64,000 nt of DNA, taken from contig CAXXXF010000005.1 in the NCBI GenBank assembly GCA_963667175.2, positions 1 to 64,000 of the forward strand, read 5' to 3'. Under the pieces are notes generated by a model that was not told the origin of the DNA, searched no databases, and saw only the letters and a program-made list of their open reading frames with translations. The DNA comes from Candidatus Latescibacterota bacterium. Lineage in GTDB: Bacteria; Latescibacterota; UBA2968; GCA-2709665. The position numbers and the translations under genes are program-made. How positions within the stretch are numbered: position 1 is the first letter of the stretch; each line of letters starts with the position of its first letter. Positions 50,527-60,267 of the stretch are shown piece by piece.

Positions 50527-51486
50527 TTGAAGGCTTTGCGTTATTCAGACTGGTCCCTGTTCGGATGGCACGGGCTGACAGTCGAGGTCCCGCTGGAGTG
50601 GAATCCCGGTAAGATTACGGGGGATTTCAAGGCGGGCAGCGTCCGCCTCGACGATCCGACGCTTGCCAGAATGGAGATTGAGTGGAAGGACGCCCGCGGC
50701 GACCAGAGGGTCGCGCCAATCGTGGATCGCTTTGTCGACGGACTCTTTCAGAGTGCCCGCAAGGAGAAGAAGAAACTCGACGTCGAACGCACTCCCGATG
50801 CGGGATGGCTGGACCTGCCCGATGCGGGCACACCAGTCGTTTTCACCTGGCAGGCCGAATACCGAATCCATGCGCTGACCTTCTACAGCATGTTGTCGGA
50901 TCGGCTTTTCCTGATTAAAATAAGGACAAAGCTGGACGAGGACGCCGGGCGCAATATCAGACGAATCTTAAACTCCGTTCGGGATACAGCACCCGACGGG
51001 GACCGGACGTGGGCGCTTTACGACCTCGTCTGCTCGTCGCCTCCGGAGTTCTCATTGGAGTCCTACGATCTCAAGTCCGGACACCTCCGCCTCTGTTTTC
51101 AGCAAGGCCAGAATATCCTTCAGTTCGACCGGCTCAGCCTTGCCGAAGTGCTCCTGAAGAAGCGAACCCTTCTCGATTGGTACCAGGAATTCTTCCGCAA
51201 GAATCTGCGCCAGGTCAATCTGGACGCGAGAGAAACCAACGTGGGAGACCATTTCGGCCTGAGCCTCCATGGAAGACCCAAGAGCCGATGGCGGGGCCTG
51301 CTGATGCCGCTGCCGTTCTGGAACGTGCGACCGCGTCTGAACATGGAGGCCCGCGTCTGGACCTGCAGACAGGTCAACAAGATCTATGCGGTACACACCT
51401 ATTACAAGAGGCGCAAGGATGTGCCGGACATCGAGAATGCCCGGCGCGCCGTTATCTGCCACCGGGAGTCCGTTCCGCCGGGTTGA
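50527..51486 (+). CDS. Hypothetical protein (two internally similar domains; start uncertain)
   Basis: Long ORF downstream of a TTGACA/TATATT promoter; FGWHGLTVEVPLEWNP and WALYDLVCSSPPEFSL open each half. Confidence 0.65.
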   Translation: MKALRYSDWSLFGWHGLTVEVPLEWNPGKITGDFKAGSVRLDDPTLARMEIEWKDARGDQRVAPIVDRFVDGLFQSARKEKKKLDVERTPDAGWLDLPDAGTPVVFTWQAEYRIHALTFYSMLSDRLFLIKIRTKLDEDAGRNIRRILNSVRDTAPDGDRTWALYDLVCSSPPEFSLESYDLKSGHLRLCFQQGQNILQFDRLSLAEVLLKKRTLLDWYQEFFRKNLRQVNLDARETNVGDHFGLSLHGRPKSRWRGLLMPLPFWNVRPRLNMEARVWTCRQVNKIYAVHTYYKRRKDVPDIENARRAVICHRESVPPG

Positions 51487-51534
51487 ACCGCCCGGCCCAC
51501 GTCCCTTTGACATCTCAGGACCACCGGAAGACGA

Positions 51535-51960
51535 ATGTCCCTGTTCTCATCAAAAAGACAGCCCAAGATCAGCCGGGAGGCGATGTTCAACTCCAAACCC
51601 ACCCGAAACGACCGGCTGGAATGGAAGACGAACAAAGACGACGAAGTCACGATCACGTTAAAGCGTGCGGATACCACGAAGGTGAAGATCCTTTCCAAAA
51701 TCTTCTGGGTGCCTGAGAAACGAACGCTGGTGCTGGATGAGATTGGCTCTCAGGTCTGGAAAATGTGCAACGGACGCACCTCGGTGGCTTCGATGATTAA
51801 GCAGTTGTGCGAAACCCACAAGCTCAACGCAAAGGAAGCCGAAATCTCTCTATTGACCTATCTCAGAACCCTCGGACGCAAGAATCTGCTTGGTTTTCTG
51901 GTCGAGAAAGGCGATCTGAAGAAGAGAAAGAGAAGCGCCAGCGGTAAAGCATGGGGATAG
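51535..51960 (+). CDS. PqqD-family (RRE-like) protein
   Basis: LVLDEIGSQVWKMCNGRTSVASMIKQLCETHKL...LLTYLRTLGRKNLL matches the PqqD winged-helix pattern. Confidence 0.8.
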   Translation: MSLFSSKRQPKISREAMFNSKPTRNDRLEWKTNKDDEVTITLKRADTTKVKILSKIFWVPEKRTLVLDEIGSQVWKMCNGRTSVASMIKQLCETHKLNAKEAEISLLTYLRTLGRKNLLGFLVEKGDLKKRKRSASGKAWG

Positions 51961-51985
51961 GCGCCGCATCCCTGGTTCAGAAAAG

Positions 51986-52014
51986 AGGCCCCGCGAGACA
52001 ATACCGCGGGGCCT
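51986..52014. terminator. Hairpin terminator between convergent PqqD-like gene and nuoN
   Basis: AGGCCCCGCG-agacaatac-CGCGGGGCCT, with an A-run upstream. Confidence 0.6.
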
Positions 52015-52111
52015 TCAGTTTGCCTGGTGTGTAAAGGCGTATGCCTGTGGGGACTCATGAGATGCGGCGCACAGCGGTATGGGCTCCGCGCCCGCCCGGG
52101 ACGCCGCGCGC

Positions 52112-53641
52112 TTACCGGACCATCGCCTGCACTGCGTCACTTCCATTCAGAAAGATCGCGGTAGACGTTTCGGCCAAATCCGCCAGCGGCGCCCAGTACA
52201 CACCGAACAGAAGCGTACCGACGAATAATACCGCCAGGGTACCCGTGGCGAACGGAGATATCAAAACCGGCGTGTCGGAAAGAGGCTTCTCCAGGTACAT
52301 GGCGCGCACGACCCTCGCGTAATAATACAGGGAAACGGCGCTGTTTAGCGCCCCTGCCACCGCCAGCCAGTAGAGCCCGCCGTCAACCACGGCGGCAAAC
52401 AGATACACCTTTCCAACAAATCCCGCCGTAGGCGGCAATCCCGTGAGCGAAAAGAGAAACGCGGACATCGCCAGCGCAATCCAGGGCGACCGCCAGCCCA
52501 GACCCCTGTAATCCTCAATGTCTTCGCTGCCGATTTTTTCGGCCAACAGCAGTACGACCAGGAATGCACCCAGATTCATAAACAGATACGCGCCCGCGTA
52601 AAACATCACGGCTTTCAGACCCGACGACGACAGCATCACCACGCCCATCATCATATAACCCGCGTGGGCGATACTCGAGTACGCCAGCAGTCTTTTCAGA
52701 TTTCGCTGCCAGATGGCCGTCAGATTACCCAACGTCATCGTAAATGCGGAAATAAGGGCGAGCAACTGCGGCCAGGCCACGCCCAGTGCGACGCCGGCGC
52801 CCGAAGCGCCATCGTAAGCGGACAGACCCACGTAAAAGAACCGCGCCAGCATGGCGAAACCGACCGCCTTCGGCGCAACCGAGAAAAACGCCGTCACGGG
52901 TGTGGGCGCGCCCTCGTAGACGTCAGGGCACCAGAAATGAAACGGAACCGAGGCCACCTTGTAGCCGAATCCCGCCATCGCGAGGGTCGCTCCGAGAAAC
53001 AGCGTCAGTTCATACGGCGAGGTGGTCTCCAGTCGAGCCGCGATTCCATAGATGTCCAGCGTCCCCGTCAATCCGTAGATCAATGAAAATCCGTACAGCA
53101 TGATGCCCGACGACACCCCGCCGTAGACCACGTATTTCAGCGCTGCCTCGTTGGATCGCCGGACCTGCTTCTGGTAACCGGCCAGTACGTACGACGGCAG
53201 ACTGACCAGTTCGAGCGCCAGATACATCATCAGCAGATTCGTGGCGCCGGCCATCAGGAAGCCGCCCAGCGCAACAGATAGAAAGAGCGCGTAGAATTCA
53301 CCGATGCGATCGGCGCCGACGTCCCGCGACTGCAGACCGAACAGCGTGACCACGATCGTTGTGACCACAATCAGCAGCTTGAAGAACAGGGCGAAGCCAT
53401 CCAGTGCGATCATCCCCATGAACAGCGACCTGGGCGCCTCGTCGTACAACCCCGCGATCGAAGACAGGCAGAGTACGAGCGCGAGAAGCGACAGCGCCGT
53501 CAACACCGCCTTCTTCTTTCCGGTCAGGACCAGATCGACGATCACGATGCCAATGATCGCGAACGTGACGATGATCTCCGGCCAGATGTATTGCAGGCCG
53601 TCCAGATTCACTGCGATCGCGTTTCCGATGGCCTCGGCCAA
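52112..53641 (-). CDS. nuoN: NADH-quinone oxidoreductase subunit N
   Basis: LELVSLPSY, EAALKY, FHFWCPDVYEGAP, KRLLAYSSIAH; TTG start after AGGAGG. Confidence 0.93.
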   Translation of the reverse strand: MAEAIGNAIAVNLDGLQYIWPEIIVTFAIIGIVIVDLVLTGKKKAVLTALSLLALVLCLSSIAGLYDEAPRSLFMGMIALDGFALFFKLLIVVTTIVVTLFGLQSRDVGADRIGEFYALFLSVALGGFLMAGATNLLMMYLALELVSLPSYVLAGYQKQVRRSNEAALKYVVYGGVSSGIMLYGFSLIYGLTGTLDIYGIAARLETTSPYELTLFLGATLAMAGFGYKVASVPFHFWCPDVYEGAPTPVTAFFSVAPKAVGFAMLARFFYVGLSAYDGASGAGVALGVAWPQLLALISAFTMTLGNLTAIWQRNLKRLLAYSSIAHAGYMMMGVVMLSSSGLKAVMFYAGAYLFMNLGAFLVVLLLAEKIGSEDIEDYRGLGWRSPWIALAMSAFLFSLTGLPPTAGFVGKVYLFAAVVDGGLYWLAVAGALNSAVSLYYYARVVRAMYLEKPLSDTPVLISPFATGTLAVLFVGTLLFGVYWAPLADLAETSTAIFLNGSDAVQAMVR

Positions 53642-53713
53642 AGGGTCGTCCTCCTGTCTGCGTCGAGCCCGTACCGCACTGACGCTCAGCAAATCGGAGT
53701 TCCTGTTAAGCGA

Positions 53714-55291
53714 CTACTGCTGCAACGCGGACACAACCGGTCCGTTCAGGTCCTTTACGAGCTCTCCAAGAGACTGCGCGAGAAGATCGAGAACCGGCGC
53801 CGGATAGACGCCCAGAACGATAACAATGACCGCCAGCGGGGCCAGGCTGAAAATCTCGCGGCCGTTCATCTCGGGCAGGTCCTTCCACCGTTCGTTAAAC
53901 GGACCCATGAACAGTCTCTGAAAGGCCCAGAGCATATACGCCGCGCCCAGAAGCACCCCGAGCGTGCCCAGGATGGTCATGGTGCGATGGACCTGGAATG
54001 CGCCCAGGAAACAGAGCGCCTCACTGATGAAACCCGAGAGGCCCGGTAATCCCAGTGCGGCGAAGTACGCCACCATCGTCAGACTGCCGTATACCGGCAT
54101 CTGCGACCACAGACCGCCGAATCCCAGTTTTCCGCGCAGATCGGGATCTTCGTAATCATTGGGATACACGATATACCGGTGGTGCGCACGGTCGTATATG
54201 ACACCCACCAGCAGAAACAACATCGCCGTAATGGTGCCGTGGTTGAACATCTGGAATACCGCTCCGTTGATACCGTGGGGCGTAAACGAGGACATACCGA
54301 GCATTACGAACCCCATGTGACTGATGCTCGAGTATGCCACCAGCTTTTTCAAATCCGACTGCGCCATTGCGACGAGCGCGCCATAGATGATGTTTATGAC
54401 CCCGATCACGGCCAGAAAATAACTGAAATCGCGGGTCACGTCCGGCAGCATCGGATAATTGAACCTCAGAATACCGTACGTGCCCATTTTCAGGAGCACG
54501 CCCGCCAGAATCACGCTGATGGCCGTCGGCGCTTCAACATGGGCGTCGGGAAGCCAGGTGTGGAACGGAAACAGCGGCACCTTTATGGCGAAACCGATGA
54601 ACATGGCAATCCAGATCATTAGCGGAGCCGAATACCCGAAGATCACTCCGGCCCGCAACCATTCCGAGTGGTTCGCCTGGTCCATCATCACCAGCATATT
54701 GAACGTGTGTTTCCCCGTATCGGGATCGGTGACGTTGAAGTAGAACGCAAGCATCGCCAGCAATAGCAGAACGCTGCCCGCCAATGTATAAAGGAAGAAT
54801 TTGATGGCCGCATATTCCTTTCGAGGGCCTCCCCAGATCCCGATGAGGAAATACATCGGCAACAGCATCACTTCCCAGAACACGTAGAACAGAAAGAAAT
54901 CGAGCGACACGAACACACCCTGCATGCCGGTCTCGAGGAGCAGAAACAGTGCGAAATATCCCTTTGCCCCCCGTTGGATGTTCCAGGATGCGGGAACGCA
55001 TAGGAAGCCCAGCAGCGCCGTCAACAGCACCATCGAGACGCTCAGGCCGTCGATGCCCATATAATACTGGATGTTGAACGACTCGATCCAGGGAAGCCGC
55101 ACCTCGTACTGCATATCGGGCACGGACCGATCGAAATCCTGGAACAGCCAGACCGCCAGCAGAAGACAAAACCCGGTCGCAGCCAGCGCAACCCGGCGAA
55201 TCGCATTCACCGACTTTCCGGGCAGGAGCAAAATCACCACGGCGCCGAGCACGGGAATAAACGTCAACAGTGTCAGAATCCATTGAGCCAT
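53714..55291 (-). CDS. nuoM: NADH-quinone oxidoreductase subunit M
   Basis: FYVFWEVMLLPMY, HTWLPDAHVEAP, LLKMGTYG, AYSSISHMG. Confidence 0.95.
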   Translation of the reverse strand: MAQWILTLLTFIPVLGAVVILLLPGKSVNAIRRVALAATGFCLLLAVWLFQDFDRSVPDMQYEVRLPWIESFNIQYYMGIDGLSVSMVLLTALLGFLCVPASWNIQRGAKGYFALFLLLETGMQGVFVSLDFFLFYVFWEVMLLPMYFLIGIWGGPRKEYAAIKFFLYTLAGSVLLLLAMLAFYFNVTDPDTGKHTFNMLVMMDQANHSEWLRAGVIFGYSAPLMIWIAMFIGFAIKVPLFPFHTWLPDAHVEAPTAISVILAGVLLKMGTYGILRFNYPMLPDVTRDFSYFLAVIGVINIIYGALVAMAQSDLKKLVAYSSISHMGFVMLGMSSFTPHGINGAVFQMFNHGTITAMLFLLVGVIYDRAHHRYIVYPNDYEDPDLRGKLGFGGLWSQMPVYGSLTMVAYFAALGLPGLSGFISEALCFLGAFQVHRTMTILGTLGVLLGAAYMLWAFQRLFMGPFNERWKDLPEMNGREIFSLAPLAVIVIVLGVYPAPVLDLLAQSLGELVKDLNGPVVSALQQ

Positions 55292-55519
55292 CTGTCGGCT
55301 ACCTCCCTCATCGAAATCTCACGGCATACGGCGGACGGCTCGCAGGCCTGCCAGTGGCGCGCGCCTCATGCATTTCACCCGCGAGTGACCTGTTCCGAAA
55401 ACGTCGTCATCATCCGGTTGCCGGTTCATCCGGTCCGGCTGTGTTGCGCTTGTCGAAGGGTCGAAGAATGCCGGTCGGACGGCTACGGGCAACCTGTTTC
55501 CGGGACACTGCGCGACGGA

Positions 55520-57607
55520 TCACGCAACCATCAATCTGATGACCATCAGCGCCAGAATGCCTCCCATAACCAGGACCACGTACGTCTGAAGGCGACCTGT
55601 CTGAATGCGTCTCAGCCCGCCGCCGGCCCACCTGATCACCCCGGCAACGGCGTTCACGAGGCCGTCGACTACCCATTCGTCAAACAGACGATCGATAAAG
55701 GAAATGCCGCGGGTTAACGTCGCGGACAGATTCACGAGCCCGTCTACGACGCGGGCGTCGAACCAGTCCAAAACCGTGCGCCCGACCATGACCGCCCGAA
55801 CAAAGCTGGCGTCGTACAGTTCGTCGAAATACCACTTGCGGTTCAGCGTTCGGAATAATCCACCCGACTGAAGCGACGACGCCTCCAGTGCGATCATCTC
55901 ATCCCGCCGGTTGTAGTACTTGCGATATGCCGTATAGATGCCGGCCCCGGCAACAAGCAACGAGAGGACCATCGCCGGGTAGTGCGCCGCGTGGGAAGCG
56001 TCGCCGCCCGACCCGGCCGCATAAACTTCGGCGCCTGCCCCAACCGGCGACGTTGCGCCTCCAGCGGCTTGCAGCCCCACGTCAGGCGCCCTCACGAGGT
56101 GGTGAAACCAGCCCTCTCCCCCCAGCGGGTTCCAGGCATAGAAGATCCAGAAACTCAGTGCCGCGAGCACAACCAGCGGAACGGTCATGACGCCAGGGGA
56201 CTCGTGGGCGTTTTCGACAAGGGACTTCTCCCGCGGCTCTCCGTAAAACGTGAGGAAAATCAGTCTGAACATGTAAAAGGCCGTCAATCCGGCCGCGGCA
56301 AACCCGATCAGCGGCAACAGGAAATGGACCGGCCGGGAGAAACCGCCAAACCCGAGTGCTCCCGCCAGTATTGCGTCTTTACTGAGAAAACCGGAGGTCA
56401 GCGGCACTCCCGCCAGGGCCACGGTCGCAATCAGAAAGGTCCAGAAGGTCAACGGCATCTTCGCCCGCAGCCCGCCCATATTCCGCATATCCTGCGGGTC
56501 GAGGTCGTTCTTCGTCTTATGGAACGCGTGTTCCACCGCATGGATGACGCTGCCCGATCCGAGGAAGAGACAGGCCTTGAAGGCCGCGTGCGTCATCAGA
56601 TGAAAAAACCCCGCCACGTACGCGCCGACGCCCAGCCCCATGATCATGTATCCCAACTGGCTGATGGTCGAATATGCCAGGACACGTTTGATATCGTACT
56701 GCGCCACGGCGATGGTCGCGCCCAGAATTGCCGTGATCGCTCCGATGTAGGCGATCACAACAAGCGCGTCCGGCGTGAGGATCGGGAACATCCTCGTTAC
56801 CATATACACACCCGCGGCAACCATGGTCGCGGCATGGATCAGGGCGCTGACGGGCGTGGGGCCCTCCATGGCGTCTGGCAGCCAGACGTGCAGTGGAAAC
56901 TGCGCCGACTTTCCCACCGCGCCGCAGAACAGACACAGACCCGCAGCGGTCAGCAGTCCCCCGCCGAGCCGCCCGCTGGCAACCCCGTCGTAGACACTCG
57001 CGTAATCGAAAGCGCCGACCTTCCAGAAAACGATCATGATGCCCACGAAAAAGCCCAGGTCCCCCACCCTGTTTACCAGGAACGCTTTCTTGCAGGCCGC
57101 AGCCGCCGAAGGCCTTTCGTACCAGAAGCCGATAAGCAGATAGGAAGAGAGACCCACGAGTTCCCAGAACACATAGAGCAGCAGAAAATTGTCGACCAGA
57201 ACCAGGCCCAGCATCGAGAACGAAAAAATGGCCAGGAACCCGAAAAACCGCGAATAGCGCGGGTCTCCGTGCATATAGCCGACCGAATAGAGGTGCACCA
57301 GTCCGCTTACGACCGTGACAACCATCAGCATGACCGCGGTGATATTGTCGAGCAGCACGCCGACGGCAATCTTCGCAACGCTCAGGTCCAGCCAGACCCA
57401 CGAATCGAGTTCGAGGCGCCAGGCCGGGTCGTAGGCAGAGAACGCGAGGATGAAGTACCGGAGAGAAAGCAGAAACGAAATGGAAATCGCAGCGAGGGGT
57501 ACCCAATCGCCCCCGCGGGGCAGGCGCCGCCCCCAGAACGCCTGTATGGCAAACGCCATGAGGGGCAGTACAGGGATCAACAGGATCAGGAGCAGATCTA
57601 AGGGCAT
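55520..57607 (-). CDS. nuoL: NADH-quinone oxidoreductase subunit L
   Basis: GKSAQFPLHVWLPDAMEGPTPVSALIHAATMV, AYSTISQLG, QTGRLQTY. Confidence 0.95.
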   Translation of the reverse strand: MPLDLLLILLIPVLPLMAFAIQAFWGRRLPRGGDWVPLAAISISFLLSLRYFILAFSAYDPAWRLELDSWVWLDLSVAKIAVGVLLDNITAVMLMVVTVVSGLVHLYSVGYMHGDPRYSRFFGFLAIFSFSMLGLVLVDNFLLLYVFWELVGLSSYLLIGFWYERPSAAAACKKAFLVNRVGDLGFFVGIMIVFWKVGAFDYASVYDGVASGRLGGGLLTAAGLCLFCGAVGKSAQFPLHVWLPDAMEGPTPVSALIHAATMVAAGVYMVTRMFPILTPDALVVIAYIGAITAILGATIAVAQYDIKRVLAYSTISQLGYMIMGLGVGAYVAGFFHLMTHAAFKACLFLGSGSVIHAVEHAFHKTKNDLDPQDMRNMGGLRAKMPLTFWTFLIATVALAGVPLTSGFLSKDAILAGALGFGGFSRPVHFLLPLIGFAAAGLTAFYMFRLIFLTFYGEPREKSLVENAHESPGVMTVPLVVLAALSFWIFYAWNPLGGEGWFHHLVRAPDVGLQAAGGATSPVGAGAEVYAAGSGGDASHAAHYPAMVLSLLVAGAGIYTAYRKYYNRRDEMIALEASSLQSGGLFRTLNRKWYFDELYDASFVRAVMVGRTVLDWFDARVVDGLVNLSATLTRGISFIDRLFDEWVVDGLVNAVAGVIRWAGGGLRRIQTGRLQTYVVLVMGGILALMVIRLMVA

Positions 57608-57624
57608 TCACTCCCCCGGAAACG

Positions 57625-57930
57625 TCAACCGCTTAATGAGTCCAGTCTGTCTATATTAACCATCTGATAATTACGATAGATATTCAGAACGATCGCCAGC
57701 GCAACCGCCGCTTCGGCCGCGGCGAGGACGATAACGAACACGGCGAATACCTGGCCCCCGAATCCAGAATCGGTGAACCGCGCGAACGCGACCAGATTGA
57801 GGTTGGCGGCATTCAGAATGAGTTCCACCCCCATCAGGATGCTGATTGCGTTGCGGCGGGTGGCAACGGCCAGAATACCCAGACAAAACAGAATGGCCGC
57901 CACGACCAGATAGTGCTCCAGCGCGATCAT
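57625..57930 (-). CDS. nuoK: NADH-quinone oxidoreductase subunit K
   Basis: RRNAISILMGVELILNA, AAAEAAVALA. Confidence 0.95.
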   Translation of the reverse strand: MIALEHYLVVAAILFCLGILAVATRRNAISILMGVELILNAANLNLVAFARFTDSGFGGQVFAVFVIVLAAAEAAVALAIVLNIYRNYQMVNIDRLDSLSG

Positions 57931-58448
57931 AACTCCCCCTCATCCTCCTCCTGCCCCTTTCCTGTGCCGGCCAGCATCGAAGCGCCGAGCAGGGCCGCCA
58001 GCAGCAGCATTCCGGCCGCCTCGAACGGCAGGACGTACGTCGTCATGAGGGACTTCCCGATTTCCGCTGTACTGGAAGCCGCCGACGGACCTTCGGACAG
58101 CGGCCACGCCGTCTTCATGATCACCAGGACCAGCAGTGCGAATCCGGCGCCGACGACAACCACACTGGGCAGAAACTGCACCCGCTCGGCCAGAAGATTC
58201 AAATCGTAGATCCGGTTGGTCAACATCACACCGAAGAGCAGCAGAATCAGAATCCCGCCGACGTAGATCAGTACCTGCGCGCCCGCCAGGAAGTCTGCGT
58301 CGAGAAAGACGTACAGTCCGGCGACACCGAAAAACGTAAACAAGAGGGCAAACACCGCGTAGATCAGACGGCTTGCGAACACGACCGCGGCCGCCGACCC
58401 GACGGTCACCGCGGCGAAGAGGTAGAATACGATCGTCGATAGTTCCAT
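57927..58448 (-). CDS. nuoJ: NADH-quinone oxidoreductase subunit J
   Basis: FLAGAQVLIYVGGILILLLFGVML, YVLPFE. Confidence 0.92.
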   Translation of the reverse strand: MELSTIVFYLFAAVTVGSAAAVVFASRLIYAVFALLFTFFGVAGLYVFLDADFLAGAQVLIYVGGILILLLFGVMLTNRIYDLNLLAERVQFLPSVVVVGAGFALLVLVIMKTAWPLSEGPSAASSTAEIGKSLMTTYVLPFEAAGMLLLAALLGASMLAGTGKGQEEDEGEL

Positions 58449-58538
58449 ATGCCAACCAATCCTGGGCGTCCCGCGCCCGCGGCAGATTGCTTGCGTGTGC
58501 CGGGACCGGCGCAGGCGTTTCTCGCGCTTCACTTCCCG

Positions 58539-59024
58539 TTATCGTTCCGAAGACTCCGCCCCGGCGGGCTTTTTTTCGTAATCCCAGGGACGTGCGTAGC
58601 GGTAGATCAGGTCCGTCCGGTCGTAGACGGACGATTCGTAATTCGGGGTCATGATCAGGCATTCCGTAGGGCAGGGATACGTACACAGGCCGCAATAGCA
58701 GCAGAGCCCCATGTCGATGTCGAAACGGAGAACCTTCAACCGTTTCTTGGTCCCCTTGGACGTCAGGCCGAGATCCTCGTCAGGACCTGCTTTTTCGCAC
58801 TCGATGTAGATGCAGTCCACCGGACATGCTCTTGCGCACTGATCGCACCCGATGCAGTCGTCGATATCGTTGAACAACTGGTTGCGCGACCGTTCCGGCA
58901 TCTGCCAGCGCTCGTCCGGGTACTCCAGCGTAATCGAAGGCGTGAACAGATGCTTCAACGTGATATTCAAGCCTGTCCAGATGGATGCCGCCGACTGATA
59001 GAGATTCCTGAAATACGATGCCAT
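58539..59024 (-). CDS. nuoI: NADH-quinone oxidoreductase subunit I
   Basis: TLEYP; CIGCDQCARACP and CCYCGLCTYPCP. Confidence 0.93.
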   Translation of the reverse strand: MASYFRNLYQSAASIWTGLNITLKHLFTPSITLEYPDERWQMPERSRNQLFNDIDDCIGCDQCARACPVDCIYIECEKAGPDEDLGLTSKGTKKRLKVLRFDIDMGLCCYCGLCTYPCPTECLIMTPNYESSVYDRTDLIYRYARPWDYEKKPAGAESSER

Positions 59025-59085
59025 TGCGTCACCTATGGAGAAGGAGTCCGTAAGATTCCGAGTGTGGACCAACGCCCCGAACTTA

Positions 59086-60258
59086 TCAGCCCGTGTGGGC
59101 GCGCTGCGTCCGCCCCTGCATCAAGCCCTGGGCGGCGGAACGCAAGAGGAAGGCGAGACCGACCGCCGTCACGCCCATCAGTCCTACCTTGGCGAGTTCC
59201 TGCAGCCACTCCGGAGCGGCAAAGTGCCAGACAACCGACCCCAGCAGGCACAGAAACGCGGCCGGCGTGAGTACCTTCCAGCCCACGAACATCAGCTGAT
59301 CGACGCGCAACCGCGGAAGGGTCCAGCGAATCCACATCTGCACCGCGACCAACAGCAGTCCCTTTCCGATCATCCAGACGGGACCGGCCGGAAACGAACC
59401 GCCCCACGGCGCCTGCCAGCCGCCCAGAAACACGACCGCCCCGACCATGCCCACGGCAACCATCGCCGCATATTCCGCCACGAAAAAGAACGAGAATCGC
59501 ATGCCGCTGTATTCGGTGTGATACCCCGCCACCAGTTCGGATTCGGCTTCGGGGATATCGAACGGCGTCCGGTTGACCTCTGCGAGCGAGGCGATGAAGT
59601 AAAGAATGAACGCGAGGAACGTAAAGGGATTGCGAAAAACGAACCAGTGATACATCGATCCGGACTGCGCCGCGACCAGTTCCTGCGTGCTCAGAGTGCC
59701 CACAAGAGGGATCACACTCAGAAACGCCATGGCCACGGGAATCTCGTAGCTGACGACCTGCGCCGCCGAGCGCATCGCACCGAGCAGAGACCACTTGTTG
59801 TTGGACGCCCATCCGGCCATGAGAATGCCAAGCACGCCCAGCGACGAAATGGCGAGAATATAAAAGATCCCGATGTTCAGGTCGCTCACGATAAGGCTGC
59901 CGCCGAAAGGAATGCACACGAAGATCGCCAGGGTTCCGGAAAAGACGAGGAGGGGCGCCAGAATGAACAGGCCTTTATCCGCGGCTGCCGGAATGATGTC
60001 CTCCTTAAGCAGCAGCTTGACGCCGTCGGCAATCGGCTGGGCCCAGCCGTGCCAACCCCCGGTTCGCATCGGCCCCAGACGGTCCTGGATGTGAGCGGAA
60101 ATCTTCATTTCCATATAAACCATGATCAGGCCCAGAACGGCGACGAGCGTGACGACGACGATCCCGGCGAGCAGACCCAGCGCAACGGACAACAGACCGA
60201 TCGGCACCTCGCTCAAGAGTTCCACCTGATCTACGAGAGCCGCCGCTAATTCGAGCAT
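59086..60258 (-). CDS. nuoH: NADH-quinone oxidoreductase subunit H
   Basis: QDRLGP, QPIADGVKLLLKE, RTPFDIPEAESELVAGYHTEYSG, PRLRVDQL. Confidence 0.95.
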   Translation of the reverse strand: MLELAAALVDQVELLSEVPIGLLSVALGLLAGIVVVTLVAVLGLIMVYMEMKISAHIQDRLGPMRTGGWHGWAQPIADGVKLLLKEDIIPAAADKGLFILAPLLVFSGTLAIFVCIPFGGSLIVSDLNIGIFYILAISSLGVLGILMAGWASNNKWSLLGAMRSAAQVVSYEIPVAMAFLSVIPLVGTLSTQELVAAQSGSMYHWFVFRNPFTFLAFILYFIASLAEVNRTPFDIPEAESELVAGYHTEYSGMRFSFFFVAEYAAMVAVGMVGAVVFLGGWQAPWGGSFPAGPVWMIGKGLLLVAVQMWIRWTLPRLRVDQLMFVGWKVLTPAAFLCLLGSVVWHFAAPEWLQELAKVGLMGVTAVGLAFLLRSAAQGLMQGRTQRAHTG

Positions 60259-60267
60259 AAGGCAATC

